Source of the DNA: Mobula hypostoma | Taxonomy: Eukaryota | Assembly: GCF_963921235.1 (NCBI RefSeq) | Contig: NC_086097.1 | Coordinates: forward strand, 95,482,001 to 95,546,000 | DNA: 64,000 nucleotides | Reading direction: 5' to 3' | In this document: positions 13,801 to 27,921 of the stretch, piece by piece | Layout of the letters: each line of letters opens with the position of its first letter | Position numbering within the stretch: the stretch's first letter is position 1 | Notes under the pieces: model-generated | The model's input: the letters and a program-made list of their open reading frames with translations, nothing else | Told to the model about the DNA's origin: nothing | Database searches by the model: none | Translations under genes and position numbers: made by a program

Positions 13801-14175
13801 TCAGGGGAGTACAGGAAATATCACATGAGCCAGATGCCAAATCATCATGATTTCTGAACAATCAAATGGCAGGCCAGAGTTTTACTGTGTATGAGCCTAC
13901 TTTAAATCTTAAGACTTTGTGTGAAGTATGAATGCAAAAAATTATTGCCTGGTATGAAGAAATACAAATACTTCAAAACAATACTTCATTTGTTTTCTTC
14001 CCCATAAGAACTGTGAAAGAAATGAGCAAATATTGAAAGAGCAGGATAAAGCAGATTAATTGAAGAGCTATTGAAAACTTGGGGTCATTTTGATACAAGA
14101 ATTTTAGGAAGCAAGAGAAAATAATCTATAGCAAGGTTGAAGAACTTACATTCAAGGTTAGCCATTGAGGCTTTA

Positions 14176-14495
14176 TCATAGTGTAGCAGTCAGCAGAATG
14201 ATTTACTGCACCAGCTGTAAGCTCAGGTTTCAATTCCCGCCACTGTCTAGAAGGAGTCTGCACGTTCTCCCTGTGAGTGCATGGGTTTCCTCTGGGTGTT
14301 CTGGTTTCCTCCCACACTCCAAGGTGTACAGGTTAGGGTAAGTTAGTTACAGGTATGCTATGTTGGCACCAGAAGCATAGCGATCCTTGTGAGCTGCCCT
14401 CAGCACAGCCTCAAACTGTGTTGGTCATTGACACAAATGACGCAATTCTCCGTATGTTTCAATATACATGTGAGAAATAAAATTAATCTTTATCT
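14176..14495 (+). mobile_element. tRNA-derived V-SINE (HE1-like)
   Basis: tRNA-like head (GTGTAGCAGTCAGC...GGTTTCAATTCCCGCC) and V-domain GGAGTCTGCACGTTCTCCCTGTGAGTGCATGGGTTTCCTCTGGGTGTTCTGGTTTCCTCCCACA. Confidence 0.75.
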
Positions 14496-15944
14496 TTGAT
14501 TAGAAGGGATAAGATAGAATAAGGGAACAGTCCAAGTAATGCTGGAGTGAAGAGTGAAAAGTGTGCAAAAATGTATTTGAAAGTCGGTTTCTTTTTTGTT
14601 GCGGTTGAAATGTACTATAAATGTCAGATTGCTATTTCATCTTCATTGGAAATGTTACAGCACTAAGCTTGGCAAGTTCACTTCAAATCTATGGATTTTG
14701 CGTATTTTCTGCATACCAATGAATGGCCCAATTATCCAGTATGGAAACAAGACCCATGGAAAATTTGGTAGCTTTGCACCCACACACACAGCTCACTTGC
14801 CTGCCCTTATGGCCAAAGCCAACAATTTGTAGTTTTGCTTTAAAATAAGCTAAATATTGGACTACAGAAAATCACCCAAATACCTCAAGAACCATCTGGA
14901 AACTTTAGTAATAAAGAAAGTATTTTAAGTTGCAAAATAAATCATGGAATCTAATTGTATACTGGCAGATTTGGAGTGTGCATCTCCTGGAACACAAGTG
15001 GAATACAGAAGTCTGAAACTAAAACTTCCAAGTTGAAAGCCTATTCTGTATCTGGGTCACAGAACTAGCCAAACTGCACCACAAACCAGGGAAGATTCAA
15101 TCCTAACACTCCTGCTCAATGCGAGCAAATCACCGTCTTATAGAATCCTAGATCTTTTGGATATAGAGCATTAAACTCCAGGTCCCCTTAGTGTCTCGTG
15201 ATTTTAAAAGATCCCATGAAACAAACTGAACAGCGTACTTCATGGTGCCTTGGCTTGCTTGCTTTTTTTCTTTTCTTTTCTTCTCCCTCTCCCTCTCTCT
15301 CTCCTAAAGTGATTATCACCACTGCAGCTTCTGGAACCACACTGGCTATGTCACAGAATTGTTACAGCATAGGTGATGGCCCATTTGCCTCAAATAAATC
15401 TGTTTCAGTTTTACATTTCAATTCAGCTGCTTCCAAATTCCTTACTGCTCTCCAAATTCCCATCCAACTTATTTTTGGTTCTATTACATAACAAGCGCAC
15501 TTAATTCCTGCATAAGTTTTTGAAATCTTCAGAAATGTGAAAGCAACAATTCGAATGTGAATCTTTGCTCTCAATTGGCCTTGATCAGCCCCAATTAATT
15601 TATAGCCGAGTTGAAGACAACAGTAAAAATAAATTATTTGTTCTGAAATAATCTTGCACTGGAGACCTCATGTTGATCTCAGAGGTTATTTAGGAAGAGT
15701 AAATGTTACCAGTTATCTAATGAATACGGTGAAAAACATCTAAAGGACCCTCATTAAACAAGAGCCAAAGTGGACATCACGGTGATTCATTTCTGGTGCA
15801 AATGCCAAAACTATTTCCCTTAGTGCTAATACCAAAGGCAAACTAGGTTCTGGCTAAATTCAGCAACCCCTCGCACCTGGTATGTACGACAGTTTTATAG
15901 AATCTGCTGTCCCTCAACTAATTTCACTCCGGCTTCCTGCGATC

Positions 15945-16100
15945 TGGGGATTTGAGTCCCACTTCAAGGGACTTCAGCACAAAAATCTAGGTTGGTACTC
16001 CACCTCAGCAATGGAAGACAATGGAAGGCTACACCACCTTTCAGATGAGATACTGAATTAAGATCCTGTCTGCTCTCATGTGGATATAAATGATTCAGAA
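15945..16100 (+). mobile_element. Ancient Deu-domain SINE remnant (SacSINE/AmnSINE-like)
   Basis: GAGTCCCACTTCAAGGGACTTCAGCACAAAAATCTAGG...CTTTCAGATGAGATACTGAATTAAGATCCTGTCTGCTCTCATGTGGATATAAATGAT resembles the Deu-SINE consensus as recalled. Confidence 0.5.
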
Positions 16101-17004
16101 GTTGCGCAGTTTTCCCCATCTAGTTGATGTAATACAACCTTTCCTGTCTCTGCAAAATCCTTCAAAGCCATAGGCAGAATAAGTAGACCAACATTAATGT
16201 TGGCTCTCCAGCATAGAATTTCTAACAACACTCAAGTTGGCTCCATTGGTCAGGCCATATCATTCACACATCTGCTATGGGATTCAGAAAAGGAGCTATC
16301 TCCAATTGTCAAGAATTTTCTCAAAACTTCCTTAAAAAGTAGCAATATTTCTGTCAGCTATGAATCCCTAACCCATCACCCAACAAAAAACAGCAGCATT
16401 CAGGATGGCACTGAAAGCGTCTAGGATAAAGGAATGGTTCACATTTCAGACCCTGATGAAAAGTCCTCAACATCTCTTTGCACAGTATGACCTGCTGAGA
16501 GTTTCCAGCATTTTCTGTTTTTATTACAAAACAGACAGAGCACTACCTCCCACTCCACCGAGAGCATCATATCCCACCTGTGGCAAGAACGTCTTTGGAT
16601 CCCACATTAGCATCAACTATTTTAGAACTTACAGTGAAACAAGTCTTCTTCAATCCTGAGGGAGCATCTAAGAAAATGTTAAATAATCCAGAAACATTAT
16701 TTCAAAGAGTTAAGCAAGTTATTCTTATATCATGCTTATCTAACACTAACCCTAACATTTACTTTCCAAGCAATAATATAAAAAAAGGTACTCATTGCCA
16801 CTAAACGTGGGCAGATGCTGAGAGAAAATGGGTTTGTGGATCCCCTACATTAATGCCGGAGCCACAATACCAGTAATAAGCTAAGCATCATGGAACATTC
16901 TGAAAGACACTTGAAATCTGCTGTATAAATGCAAGTGTGTGTCCATTTCACATAATGATCTTAAGCAAACATTATTTGACATTGTATAATATTAATAAGC
17001 AACA

Positions 17005-17450
17005 ACTAACAAACTGCAGATGGAACTCGGTGAGTCAAGCACCATTGGTGGAGGGAAATGGATGGTCAACATTTCGGATCGAGACCTTCCATCTGAACTA
17101 AAAGGTCAAGGGGAAATAGCTAGTATTAAGAAAAAGGAAGTGGGGGGAACAAGCAATAGGTGGATTTAGGTAAGGAGGGGTGATAGGCTGATGGAGGGAA
17201 GAGTGGAAATAGTGACAGAGACTGGGAAGTGACAGAAGGCGGTAACAAAGGACTGTGGATGGTGGAATCTGATAGAAGAGAAAGTGAGGGAGGTGGGAAG
17301 AGTAGATCAGAACAATAGGGGTAGAGGAACCCGTAGGAGTACATGGGAAATGTTGACTGTCTGTTTTCCTCCACAGATGCTGCTCGACCTGCTGTTCTTC
17401 CAGCATCTTGCTTGTTACTCTGGGTTCCAGCACCTACAGTCCCTTGTGTA
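17005..17450. mobile_element. Older two-ended inverted PLE derivative
   Basis: Degenerate minus terminus and purine-rich UTR followed by plus terminus (AAATGTTGACTG...GATGCTGCTCGACCTGCTGTTCTTCCAGCATC). Confidence 0.6.
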
Positions 17451-20400
17451 TCCATTACTAATTACGAACTAGATACATCAATTATAGCAATACAATATAA
17501 GGACTACTGCCTCATACCACGTTCAACCCAGGTGCCTTATACCACCATCAACTCTGAACTTTGGGGCTGTCTGTCTAGAGTTTGCAAACTCTTGCTATTA
17601 CTGTGTGGGTTTCAGCTTAGAGCTCCAGTTTCTTCCCACGTTCTAATGATAAGCGTTTGCATAGGTTAACTGGCAATTGTAAATTGCTTTCAATATGTAG
17701 GTGAGTGGTAGAATCTGGGGATAAACTGCCAGATGCTGGCAATTTGGGAAAAAGAGATTACAGGGAAGATTAATGGGGTAATGGTAACGCTTTAAAACCA
17801 AGGGCTGAAAGGTCTCCCTGTATGTGTAAACAATGACATAAAACTAACAAAACAACCACAAAGGTATAGTAACATGCAAATATTGCATTTTAAATTTTAA
17901 AATATTGTTACATTTATTCCCTACTAAACTGGACCAGATGAAAAACCACACGATATTGGAGTAGAATTGGGCTATTTGGCTCATTAAGTCTGTTCTACTA
18001 TTAAATCATGGCTAATTTTTTCAACTCTCCCTGAAACCATAACCCTGTACTAGTCAAAAACCTATCAATCTCTGCCTTAAATACACCCAACGACTTGGTC
18101 TGCCTAGTCCTTTGCAGCAATGAATTCTACAGATACAACACCCTCTTTTTGGAGAAATTCCTCATCTCAGTTCAGCAACACCCTTTATTCTGAGGCTGTT
18201 CCCTCAGATCCTGGACTCTCCTACTGATGGAAACATACTTTCCATGTCCACTCTATCTGTGTTCACAACAACATAAAAGTTATTTGGTTTTTGCTAGTAG
18301 TCATTGCTGCAACTGGCAAAAAAGGAATGAGAATGTGCAAATGACAGAGAATAAGTTGCAACCAAGTAAGAGCTGATGGCAATGGTGTTATGAACTAGTA
18401 TGGATTCAACAGCTTTACAAAGTTCTTTCGATGTATGACAAAAGTAATTGTAACCGAGTATATTGACTGTAATAAGCAAAACCTTGCTTGTTTCAATGAA
18501 CTATGAACATACATTTTTTATATTTTAAGGAAAATGATTATACAATGTATTTAATTTTATGTATAAAAAATGAAAACACATCAGGCATTCCTGACAACAG
18601 AGTTGTCATCAAATCGACAAATAATTACGATTCTCATATCCAACTCAAGCATTTCCAGTAACGAATGCAAGAGGGGTCGACTAACTATTCATTTCCATGG
18701 ATGCTGCCTGACCTTCTGAGATCCTCTAGCATTTTCTGCGTGTTGCTGCAAAATGGCATTTTTGAAATGGAAAATTGCAAACAAATTTCTATATAGGAAA
18801 AGTCATCAAAAAAACTTGGGTATATCAGAAAATTAGGTAGTCACAAACAGAATTAGTTTAAACAAAGAAATAGGCTCTAAAATTCATCCTAAAATGGAGA
18901 GGTAAAGAGGGGGAGGTGAGGAGGGAAAGAAATGAAAAATTTGGGTCCACTGTGGTTGAAGTCAAAGAATTGAGCAATTAAAAGGCAAAGAATAGAGAAG
19001 CACAGCAGTCACGAAATAGTTTAGCTACAGGTAGCTTCAGAAGTAAGAAACAGAAGCCATGGAGACACCAGAAATGATACTGAGAATTATAAACTAGAGA
19101 CTTTTACCAGATAGGGAGCCAAGTCAGTCAGTGAACACAGGAATGTTAATTAAAAGACTTGGCCATGGTTGATGAGCTTAAATCTACAGACTCTTAAGTC
19201 TACATGCCAGCAACATGACAAGTTGTACCCACAGCTTAAGCTGAGAAGCAAAATAACACATCATTCACAGTGTTAAAACCAGGCTATGGAGATCCAGTTA
19301 TAAAGTCATATCAACAAACACGAGAGACAGGGTTATTTTAGGCAACAAGTATCATTTATGCTTCAAGCTTCCATTCTCTCTTGTTCCACTTCAATCACAA
19401 GACAGATTAATGATTCTAAAAAGGAAAAGAAAAGCTATTCCATCCAGTGATTGAAACTTTGAGGTGTTCCTTATATATCCTTATTGCACAGGAGATCACT
19501 TTTTGGCCCATCCAATCTGTGTCAGTCTCAGCCCTATTCCCCTACTTAAAGCCTTGCATCCTAACTTTTTTCACATACCCATCAACACCCACCTCAAATT
19601 TTCCAACCATCCTTCTACATTGAAGGAAATTCACTCTGGAGAATTAACCTACCAAAATGTCTTTGAGATGTGGCAGAAATTTGGAGCGCCCAAGGAAAAT
19701 AGACAGTGAGAAAATATAGCACTGAAGGTCAGGGCCAAGACAGGATCCCTACATCTGTGAGGCAATGACACTACCACATTGAACCAGTTAACAGCATCAG
19801 ATACCACTTTCAAATCTGTCAATAATTGAAGCAAGCTTGGCTTATCAAAGTAAAGGGATCAGATATCATGGTCATGGAAGCCAACAAGGCTGTGTGCAGA
19901 AAAATACAAGGGGATTTCATAAACCAGTTCTCTCAACATGGCAATGTGTGAGGATTCCAGAAGATTGAAGAATACCAACTTATTAATATTTATAAAAAAG
20001 ATGAGCTCAATGTATGAAAATCATCACGTTATTGCTTTTCACCACATGGAATTGTCTTGTCCACATGTTCTGACACATTTCCCTATTACCAGCAGGGCTT
20101 CTCTCCATGGATCCAGACCATCCCCAAGAATGTCCAATAGGATCATTATTGCTGCACAGATTTATAAACAAATATTGTGACAGTATCTGGACCTGTATAT
20201 AGTTTCATTAACCTGACAAAGGCTTTCACCAGTTTTTGACTTGATAAGTAATGAAGCCTTGTGAAAATCACTAGACAGTTTTGGCTATCTTACAAAATTC
20301 ATTAAGGTCCGCAATGAATAGTTGCTTGTTAGTGTTCTCCATACTGGTTTGGAGACAACTCAACCCAGTGACAACTCAAGCATCAGTCCAAGCATGTCTT

Positions 20401-22109
20401 TATCTTCCTACCACTTCTACTAATCCTCACCAAAGGCAATCTCGTCAAGAACACAAGTCAAAATCACATAGCTCTTAAATAAATTTTAGAAAGCTAAAAA
20501 AGTATAAATTAAAATAAGGTCTGACCCTGTGTAGAAGGAGGGTGACTTGGAAATGGAATGACTATAAAATGCACAGTGAGCTCAAAGACAAATACTTCCA
20601 AGACATCCATCACTGATTTCCAATGTAGTGATGAGTGTATTATCTTTGCCAAGTAAGATTTCTTTGCAGAAGAGGTGCAGCACAGACCTCATGATAGAGC
20701 AACTTGTCTTGTTTATTAGTGTCACTGCCTAACAACTGACCCATCACAATTCACTATCAAGGAAGAAGTCCTGGAAACAGTTGAACATTTCCCTTAACCC
20801 AACTTTCCCAAAATGCGATACTGAGGTACTGTTCAAGATCCAATGCACAAAATACTGTTTAGCAAAACTGTTCCATGTCTTTCTGAGTGTGACCTGCAGA
20901 TTGGCACCAAATATATACAGTTCAGCCATCATCCTTGCACTCTTTCTAAATGCCACTCTATATATGTGGTCGGGTGCTTCCAGGATGCTGCATCAGCAAG
21001 TTTGCGGCACTGGAAGCTCATGGCAGGAAGAGTTTTCTTCCTTCAACCGTCTGCTTGAGATGATGGGACTTTTGAGAGACTTTGTGACTTTCTTTTACCG
21101 TGCCCATGGTCTGTTCTTCTATCAAATTATGGTATTGCTTGCTTTTTGTCAGTTTTTTTTCGTTTTGGTTTGTCTTATGTTTCTGTGATATCATTCTGGA
21201 GGAACAAATTGTATCATTTCTTAATGCACGCATTACTAAATGACAATAAAAGAGGACTGCGAGTCTTCATAATCTAATCTAATCTAATATGCCACATTTT
21301 ATTTATTTTTCAACCACTGAACATCATTGGCAAGTCTAGCATTTATTGGAAACTGATTAATTCTATCACTACTTTAAGCAAGTGACTTGTCTGGACATTT
21401 CAGAGAGCTTTTAAGAATCTGGGGTCACAGCACTGGCTGATGTCCATCAGAGAAGGAAACACATGAACCAATCAGGTTATGTGGTCAACCTGGTAGTTTT
21501 GTGGTCATTACTATTAATGACTAGTTTGTTTTGAAAATCCAGATTTGTCACATTCAAATTCATCAATTAGATGGTAACATTTCAACTTTGGCCTCAAAGT
21601 TATTTATTTCCCTGCATTACTAGCCTGGTGACTAATATTGCAGCACCACCAACACCACTTCAAGAACCTGGAGAAATTCTACAAACAATGCCACCTGAAA
21701 ATCTGCCATATTAACTTTGAGAATAAGTAAAATAACTAAACTGCTGGTCATAGCCAACAGGACCAACGTTAAAACATTAACGACACTTGAAACAATACAA
21801 AATGGATGCTCAATCCTCAACCTCCCCAACAAATTTAATACCTCACTTCAGTTTTAGACTAAGATCCTATTTTACTCATAGGATATACCAGAAAGATACA
21901 CAGAAGGTGTACCTCAGAATGAACAGGCATGGACATGAAGTTGGCAACCAATTGATCTGAACAGCAGCAAAATATCCATCAGTGGAGCGTTCACCAGATC
22001 AGAAACATCTTGAACAGGGTGCGTGAAAAGGAAAAGGAAAGAAAAGCCAGCCAGCAGGCTGCTATCCCAGATGGAAAACATCTGTAATTTCTGTGGACGC
22101 ATTTGCAAT

Positions 22110-22680
22110 TCTTGATTGTAGAGTCATAGAGCCATGCAGCACAAAAATAAGCACTTCCAGCCGACTTATCAATGCCAACAAATCATCTACCCGATGTGGT
22201 CCCATATGCCTGCATATCCCTCCAAAGCATGGGTTTCCAACCAGGAGTCCACAGACCCCTCAGTTAATGGTAGGGGTCCATGGCATAAATAAGATTGGGA
22301 ACCCCCGCTCTAAAGCTTTCCTATCTGAACATATTTTAAATGTTGTAGTTGTACCAGCCTCTACAGCTTCCTTTGGCGACTCTTTTCACATACTCACTAT
22401 GATCCGTGTACAAAAAGTTGACCCACAGATCTCTTTTAAATTTTTCCCCTCTCACATTAAACCCATGCCCTCTAGTTTTAGACTCCTCTTTATGGGAAAA
22501 ATACTGTGATCACCCATCTTATCCATGCCCATCATGATTTTATAAATCTTTATGAGATCATCCCTTAACCTCCTACGCTCCAGTAGAAACAGTCCCAGCC
22601 TCTCCTTATAACTCAAGCCCTCCAGTCCTGGTAATATTTTCATGACTCTTTTCAGCACATTTTCCAGCTTAAGGTATCCT
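22110..22680 (-). mobile_element. CR1 LINE 3' fragment
   Basis: Minus ORF ILPGLEGLSYKERLGLFLLERRRLRDDLIKIYKIMMG. Confidence 0.8.
22228..22307. mobile_element. 80-bp hAT-type MITE nested in CR1
   Basis: Ends CATGGGTTTCCAA...TTGGGAACCCCCG; 8-bp TSD CTCCAAAG/CTCTAAAG. A related end (CAGGGGTTCCCAACCTGGGGTC) lies at ~13613. Confidence 0.65.
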
Positions 22681-24774
22681 AGTATTCATAAGTGAACCAC
22701 TGTGATTACCCTTAAATCAAACGGATCAGCACTGTCAATCAGAAAAATGACATTGCCTGTGTAATCAATGTCCAACTTAAATAATTCATCCAGACAAAAG
22801 TACTTATCACACCAACCCAGGCTTTCAGTAACAGCCATTTTAACAGCTAAAACTAAGCAAAATAAAGGAAGATTCTGAATGTTTCTGAAACCTACCAAGA
22901 CCACTACTATGAAATCAATGAGAACATTCATAATGGAATCTCAAAATAAATGAATACTTTCTTAAAAATAGAAGTCACCCAGCTTGCTCATCACAAACCT
23001 GCTTTGCCTAATAAAGGCAGGAGAAACTGAGTGTGTAGCAAAAGAAGAAATATAGCAGTACAGTTGAGAGCCAAGAAACGAAAGGTTAAGGTCACTAAAA
23101 GTTATTGGATGAAGACATTGGAATTTGTTTTTGGGAGAAATTTGAGTACTGGCAGAACAAAATGAAACTGATGCAGAAGTATCCTTTCCAAAAGCAGTAT
23201 GAAGATTTCAAAACATGGAGGGAAGCAGGTCGAATAAACCAATTAAATATGCAGAGGTGATGAGTTTTGGCAGCAGGAACAAAGAATGAAAACTTCACAA
23301 TGAATGGGAAAGATCTAGAGAGGTGTGATGGAATATGGAATATCTTGAAAGCAAGATTACAGTAGATTTAACTTCTTAAAATCAGGGTAAGATATTCAAA
23401 AGCTAAGGCTGTAATACATTCAATCACCAATGGTTAAGCCATAGTTGAGTGTGCACCAACACAGAAACTTCATTAGAGCTATAGAACGGACAACTCTGTT
23501 GATGCAACAGGATTATTCCAGGGATCTACAACTATAACTATGAAAAGTCAACATACAAACTGAGGAGTTTCATTAGAAATTTTTTAATGAAAAAGCGTGA
23601 AAGTCTTTGACAGAACAAATTCAGAAAGATTACTTCCTTTGACTTAAGTTATATAACAATATTGATTTGGATCTTTAGTGAAGAGATATTTAGAAAACAT
23701 TCTTTACACAGAAATCTGTGCCGGTGTGAAATATTCTATAGCTGTATGAAGTTGAAGAGTCCTTTGATTTTTTGTTTCAAAAGCACAAAGCAACGATTGT
23801 TGAAAAGGAACATACAGACCAATGGAGGGTGGCAGCCAAAAGAGAGGGGACATTACTGGAAAGTTTTGTCTTGCAAAAGTGCTAGCAAAAGACTAGGGTG
23901 CTTCTTTCATAATGTCAGTTTTTATTTTCAAAATGAAATGAGATGCTTATAGATGTGGTTACAGGAAGAAAGCAGGAGCATGGGGTGAGAATAGTATGAT
24001 TGAACAGAGGAGCAGACGTGATAGTACAAATAGTCTAATTATGCTCCTATGTCTTACGGAGATATTTTAAACTTAGTTCTCAAGTCATAGAAGAAAATTT
24101 AAGGAAAACACTGATGATGCCAGCTCAATTCTTCGGCCTGAACAAAATCCTGCTAAGAGGATCTAACAGGTTTAACGTAAACACATGGATTACTTCAAAT
24201 GGAGAGTCTGCAGACAGATACAGATAGGTTAAGTGAGTAGGCAAGGGTCTGGCAGTTGGAGTACCATGTTGGTAAATGCGAGGTCATTCACTTTTGAAGG
24301 GAAAATGAAAGAGCAGATTATCATTTAAATAGTAAAAGAGGATACTAGAAGTATATTTTAGATACATCAAGAATAAAAGAGGTGAGAATGGATATTGGAC
24401 CACTGGAAAATTACATTGGAGAGGTAGTAAGGGTGGACAAAGGAATGGCAAACAAACTCAATAAATAATTTCTGTTAGTGTTCTCTGTGGAAGACACCAG
24501 CAGTATGACAGAAATTCAAGAGTGTCGGGGGCAGAAGTGAATGTAGTTGCTACTGTTATGTAATAGGTATTTGGGAAGTTGGCAGGTCTGAAGGTAGATA
24601 TGTCACCCGGACCAAATCGATAACATCCAGAGTTCTGAAAAAAGTAGCTGAAGAGATTGTGGAGGCATCAGTATTCATTTTTCAAGAATCACTACATGCT
24701 AGAAAGGTCCCACAGGACTGGAAAATTCTAAATGTCACTCCTCTCCTTAAGAAAGGAAGGAGGCAAAAGGAAGC

Positions 24775-24872
24775 AACACTTACAACACACTGGAGGAACT
24801 CAGCAGGTCGGGCAGCATCCGTGGAAACGATGAGTCGACGTTTCGGGCCGGAACCTTTCGTCAGGATGCTTC
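24775..24872 (-). mobile_element. Solo PLE terminus (hammerhead unit) inserted in CR1, 8-bp TSD
   Basis: AAGGAAGC at 24767-24774 and 24873-24880. Minus strand reads CTGACGAAAGGTTCCGGCCCGAAACGTCGACTC. Confidence 0.75.
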
Positions 24873-26120
24873 AAGGAAGCTATAGGTCAGATAGCCTTAC
24901 TTCAGTGGTTGGCAAGATGTTCAAGTCCATTATATATAAGGTTTTGAGGTACTTGAAGGCATATGATAAAATAGGCTGAAGTCAGCATGATTTTCTTCAT
25001 GGGAAATCTTTCCTGACGGAGCTATAGGAATTCTTTGTATACCTGCCTGTTGTTTCCTCAATGGAGAGTCGGTGGATGTTGTTTACTTAGATTTTCATTA
25101 GGCCTTTGACAGGGTGCCACACATGAGGCAGCTAGACAAGATTAGAGCTCATGGTATTACATGAAAGATACCAGCAAGGTCAGAAGATTGGCTGACTGGC
25201 AAGAGGTAAAGATTGAAAAAAAAAGGGGGTCTATTCTGATTGGGTGCTGGTGACCAGTGGTGTTCTGCAGGGGTCGTTGTCGGGACCACTTCTTCTCATA
25301 TTACGTATATGTCAAAGACCTGGACAACAGAACTGATGGCTTTCTAGTCAAGTTTACAGAAAATACAAAGATTAGTGGAGGGGCAAGTAGTACTGAGGAA
25401 GATGAGAGTCTGTAGAAGGACTTAGACAGAAGCAGAAAGTCTGCAGAAGGACTTGAGCAAGGAAATGGCTAAGGGAAGTGTAGTTATGCACTTTGGTAGA
25501 AGGAATAAAGGTGTGAACCATTTTCTAAACAGGAAGCAAATTCAGAAATAGAGGTATAAAGACACTTGGGAGTCCTAATGTAAGATTCCCTATAGGTTAA
25601 CGTACAGGTTGAGTCCATGGTATGGAAAGCAAATGCAATGTTAACATTCATTTTGAAAAAAACTAGAATATAAAAGAAAGGATGTAACGATGAGGCTTTA
25701 TAAAGGCATTGGTCAGACTGCACAGAGCATCGGGAGCAGCTTTGGGTCCCTAATCTGAGAAAGGATGTGCTGGAAATAGAGAGGGTACAGAAGAGTTTCA
25801 CAAGAATGATCCCAGGGAACAAAGGGTTAATGTATGAGGAGCACTTGATGGTTCTCTGCCTGTACTCTCTGTAGTTTAGAAGAATTGGGGGGGTGGAATC
25901 TCTTTGAAACTTATTGAATCTTGAAAGGACTAGATAGAGTGGACGTGGAGAGGTTGTTTCCTATAGTGGGGGAGTCTAGGACCTGAGGACACAGTTTTAG
26001 AATACAAGGATGTCCCTTTAGAACAGAGATAAGAAATAATTTCTTTAGCTAGAGGGTGGTGAATCTATGAAATTCATTTTACGGATAGCTGTGGAGGCCA
26101 AGACATTTGATATATTTACA

Positions 26121-26514
26121 ACACGCTGGAGGAACTCAGCAGGTCGGGCAGCATCCGTGGAAACGATCAGTCAACGTTTCAGGCCAGAACCCTTCATCGG
26201 GACTGAAGAGGGAAGGGGCAGAGGCCCTATAAAGAAGGTGGGGGAGGGTGGGAAGGAGAAAACGGGAAGATGCCAGGTGAAAAACCAGTAAAGGGAAAGA
26301 CAAAGGGGTGGGGGAGGGGAGGCAGGGAGGTGATAGGCAGGAAAGGTGAAGAAGGAATAGGGGAAAACACAATGGGTAGTAGAAGGAGGCGGAACCATGA
26401 GGGAGGTGATAGGCAGCTGGGGGAGGGGGCAGAGTGAAATAGGGATAGGGGAGGGAAGGGGAGGGAATTACCAGAAGCTGGAGAATTCTATGTTCATACC
26501 AAGGGGCTGGAGGC
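26121..26514 (-). mobile_element. PLE 3' end inserted in CR1, 13-bp TSD
   Basis: TGATATATTTACA at 26108-26120 and 26515-26527. Contains the terminus, purine-rich UTR and the end of the GIY-YIG ORF (LQPLGMNIEFSSFW*). Confidence 0.85.
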
Positions 26515-26782
26515 TGATATATTTACAGTGAATTTTGATAGGTTCTTGATTAGTAGGGCATCAAAGTTTACTGGGAGAAGGCAGGTTAATGGGATTAAGA
26601 ATGATAATAAATCAACCATGATGGAATTGAGAAGCCTAATTGATGGGCCAAATGGCCTAATTCTGCTCTTCTATGTTATGGTATTATGTCTTATTTTCTG
26701 AGTATGAAAAAACATGGGTCAGTAAGCATTACCCTCCCACCCAGATGGATGTGTTTTTTTACTGGTTTGTTTTCATCTACAA

Positions 26783-26990
26783 CAGTGGTTCACAACTTCC
26801 GGGCCGTGGTCCAATACTGCGCCGCGAAGCGTGCAGTGGTAGCCAGGACGCACCCAGTGCCGCCCGGCACCTAATTAATTAGCTTGTTTATTTCGGCTTT
26901 TTTCTTAAAGATGTGCTGGGTGCGTCCCAGCTACCACTGCACGTTTCACAGCCCAGTATTAGTCCACAGCCCGGAGGTTGGGGACCACTG
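26783..26990. mobile_element. hAT (Charlie-like) MITE, 208 bp
   Basis: TIRs CAGTGGTTCACAACTTCCGGGC / GCCCGGAGGTTGGGGACCACTG; 8-bp TSD ATCTACAA/CTCTACAA. Confidence 0.8.
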
Positions 26991-27256
26991 CTCTACAATC
27001 ATTAGCATTTCTGAAGCCGTGTTAATGTGATCTGATCCATCATAGCATTTCAATTTAATTGGTTATACTGCCTAAAGGGAAAAATATTGCAATCCTGGAA
27101 TCTATTTCATTTATATTTGTCATTGTCAAGCATCCGGAGGCCATTTATAAGCAGAGGAACAAAGCAATCACCAAAATCGGCACATTACAGGCAAGCAACA
27201 CACATCAAATTTGCTCGTGAACGCAGCAGGCCAGGCAGCATCTCTAGGAAGAGGTA

Positions 27257-27294
27257 CAGTCGACGTTTCAGGGCAAGACCCTTCATCAGGACTA
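27257..27294 (-). ncRNA. Minimal hammerhead ribozyme, left arm
   Basis: Minus strand TAGTC-CTGATGA-AGGGTCTTGCCCT-GAAA-CG-TC-GACTG; intact core. Confidence 0.75.
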
Positions 27295-27921
27295 ACTGAA
27301 GGAAGAGCTAGTAAGAGATTTGAAAGTGGGATGGGGAGGGGGAGATCCAAAATGATAGGAAAAGATAGAAGACAGGAGGGGGAGGGATGGAGCCAAGAGC
27401 TGGACGGGTGATTGGCAAAAGGGATATGAGAGGATCATGGGACAGGAGGCCCAGGGAGAAGGAAAAGGGGGAGGGGGGGAAAAACCCAGAGGATGGGCAA
27501 GGGGTATAGTCAGAGGGACAGAGGGAGAAAAAGGACAGAGAGAGAAAGAATGTGTGTATATAAATAAATAACGGACGGGGTACGAGGGGGAGGTGGGGCA
27601 TTAGCAGAAGTTAGAGAAGTCGATGTTCATGCCATCAGGTTGGAGGCTACCCAGATGGAATATAAGGTGTTGTTCCTCCAACCTGAGTGTGGCTTCATCT
27701 TTACAGTAGAGGGGGGCCATGGATAGACATATCAGAATGAGAATGGGATGTGGAATTAAAATGTGTGGCCACTGGGAGACCCTGCTTTCTCTGGTGGACA
27801 GAGCGTAGGTGTTCAGCAAAACGATCTCCCAGTCTGCGTCGGGTCTCGCCAATATATAAAAGGCCACATCGGGAGCACCGGACGCAGTATATCACACCAG
27901 CCGACTCACAGGTGAAGTGTC

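Larger units (their letters stand above)
24200..26690 (+). mobile_element. CR1 LINE ORF2 and 3' UTR, decayed and rearranged, with nested PLE pieces
   Basis: IFQESLHARKVPQDWKILNVTPLLKKG...SLTSVVGKMFKSII; 3' UTR GGGCCAAATGGCCTAATTCTGCTC...TATGTTATGGTATTATG. Confidence 0.85.

Noticed and set aside
27750..27921. N-terminus of the 935-aa ORF as a novel RT fusion protein
   Set aside because: It is antisense PLE sequence that happens to be in frame with the inserted CR1; the junction coincides with the TSD.
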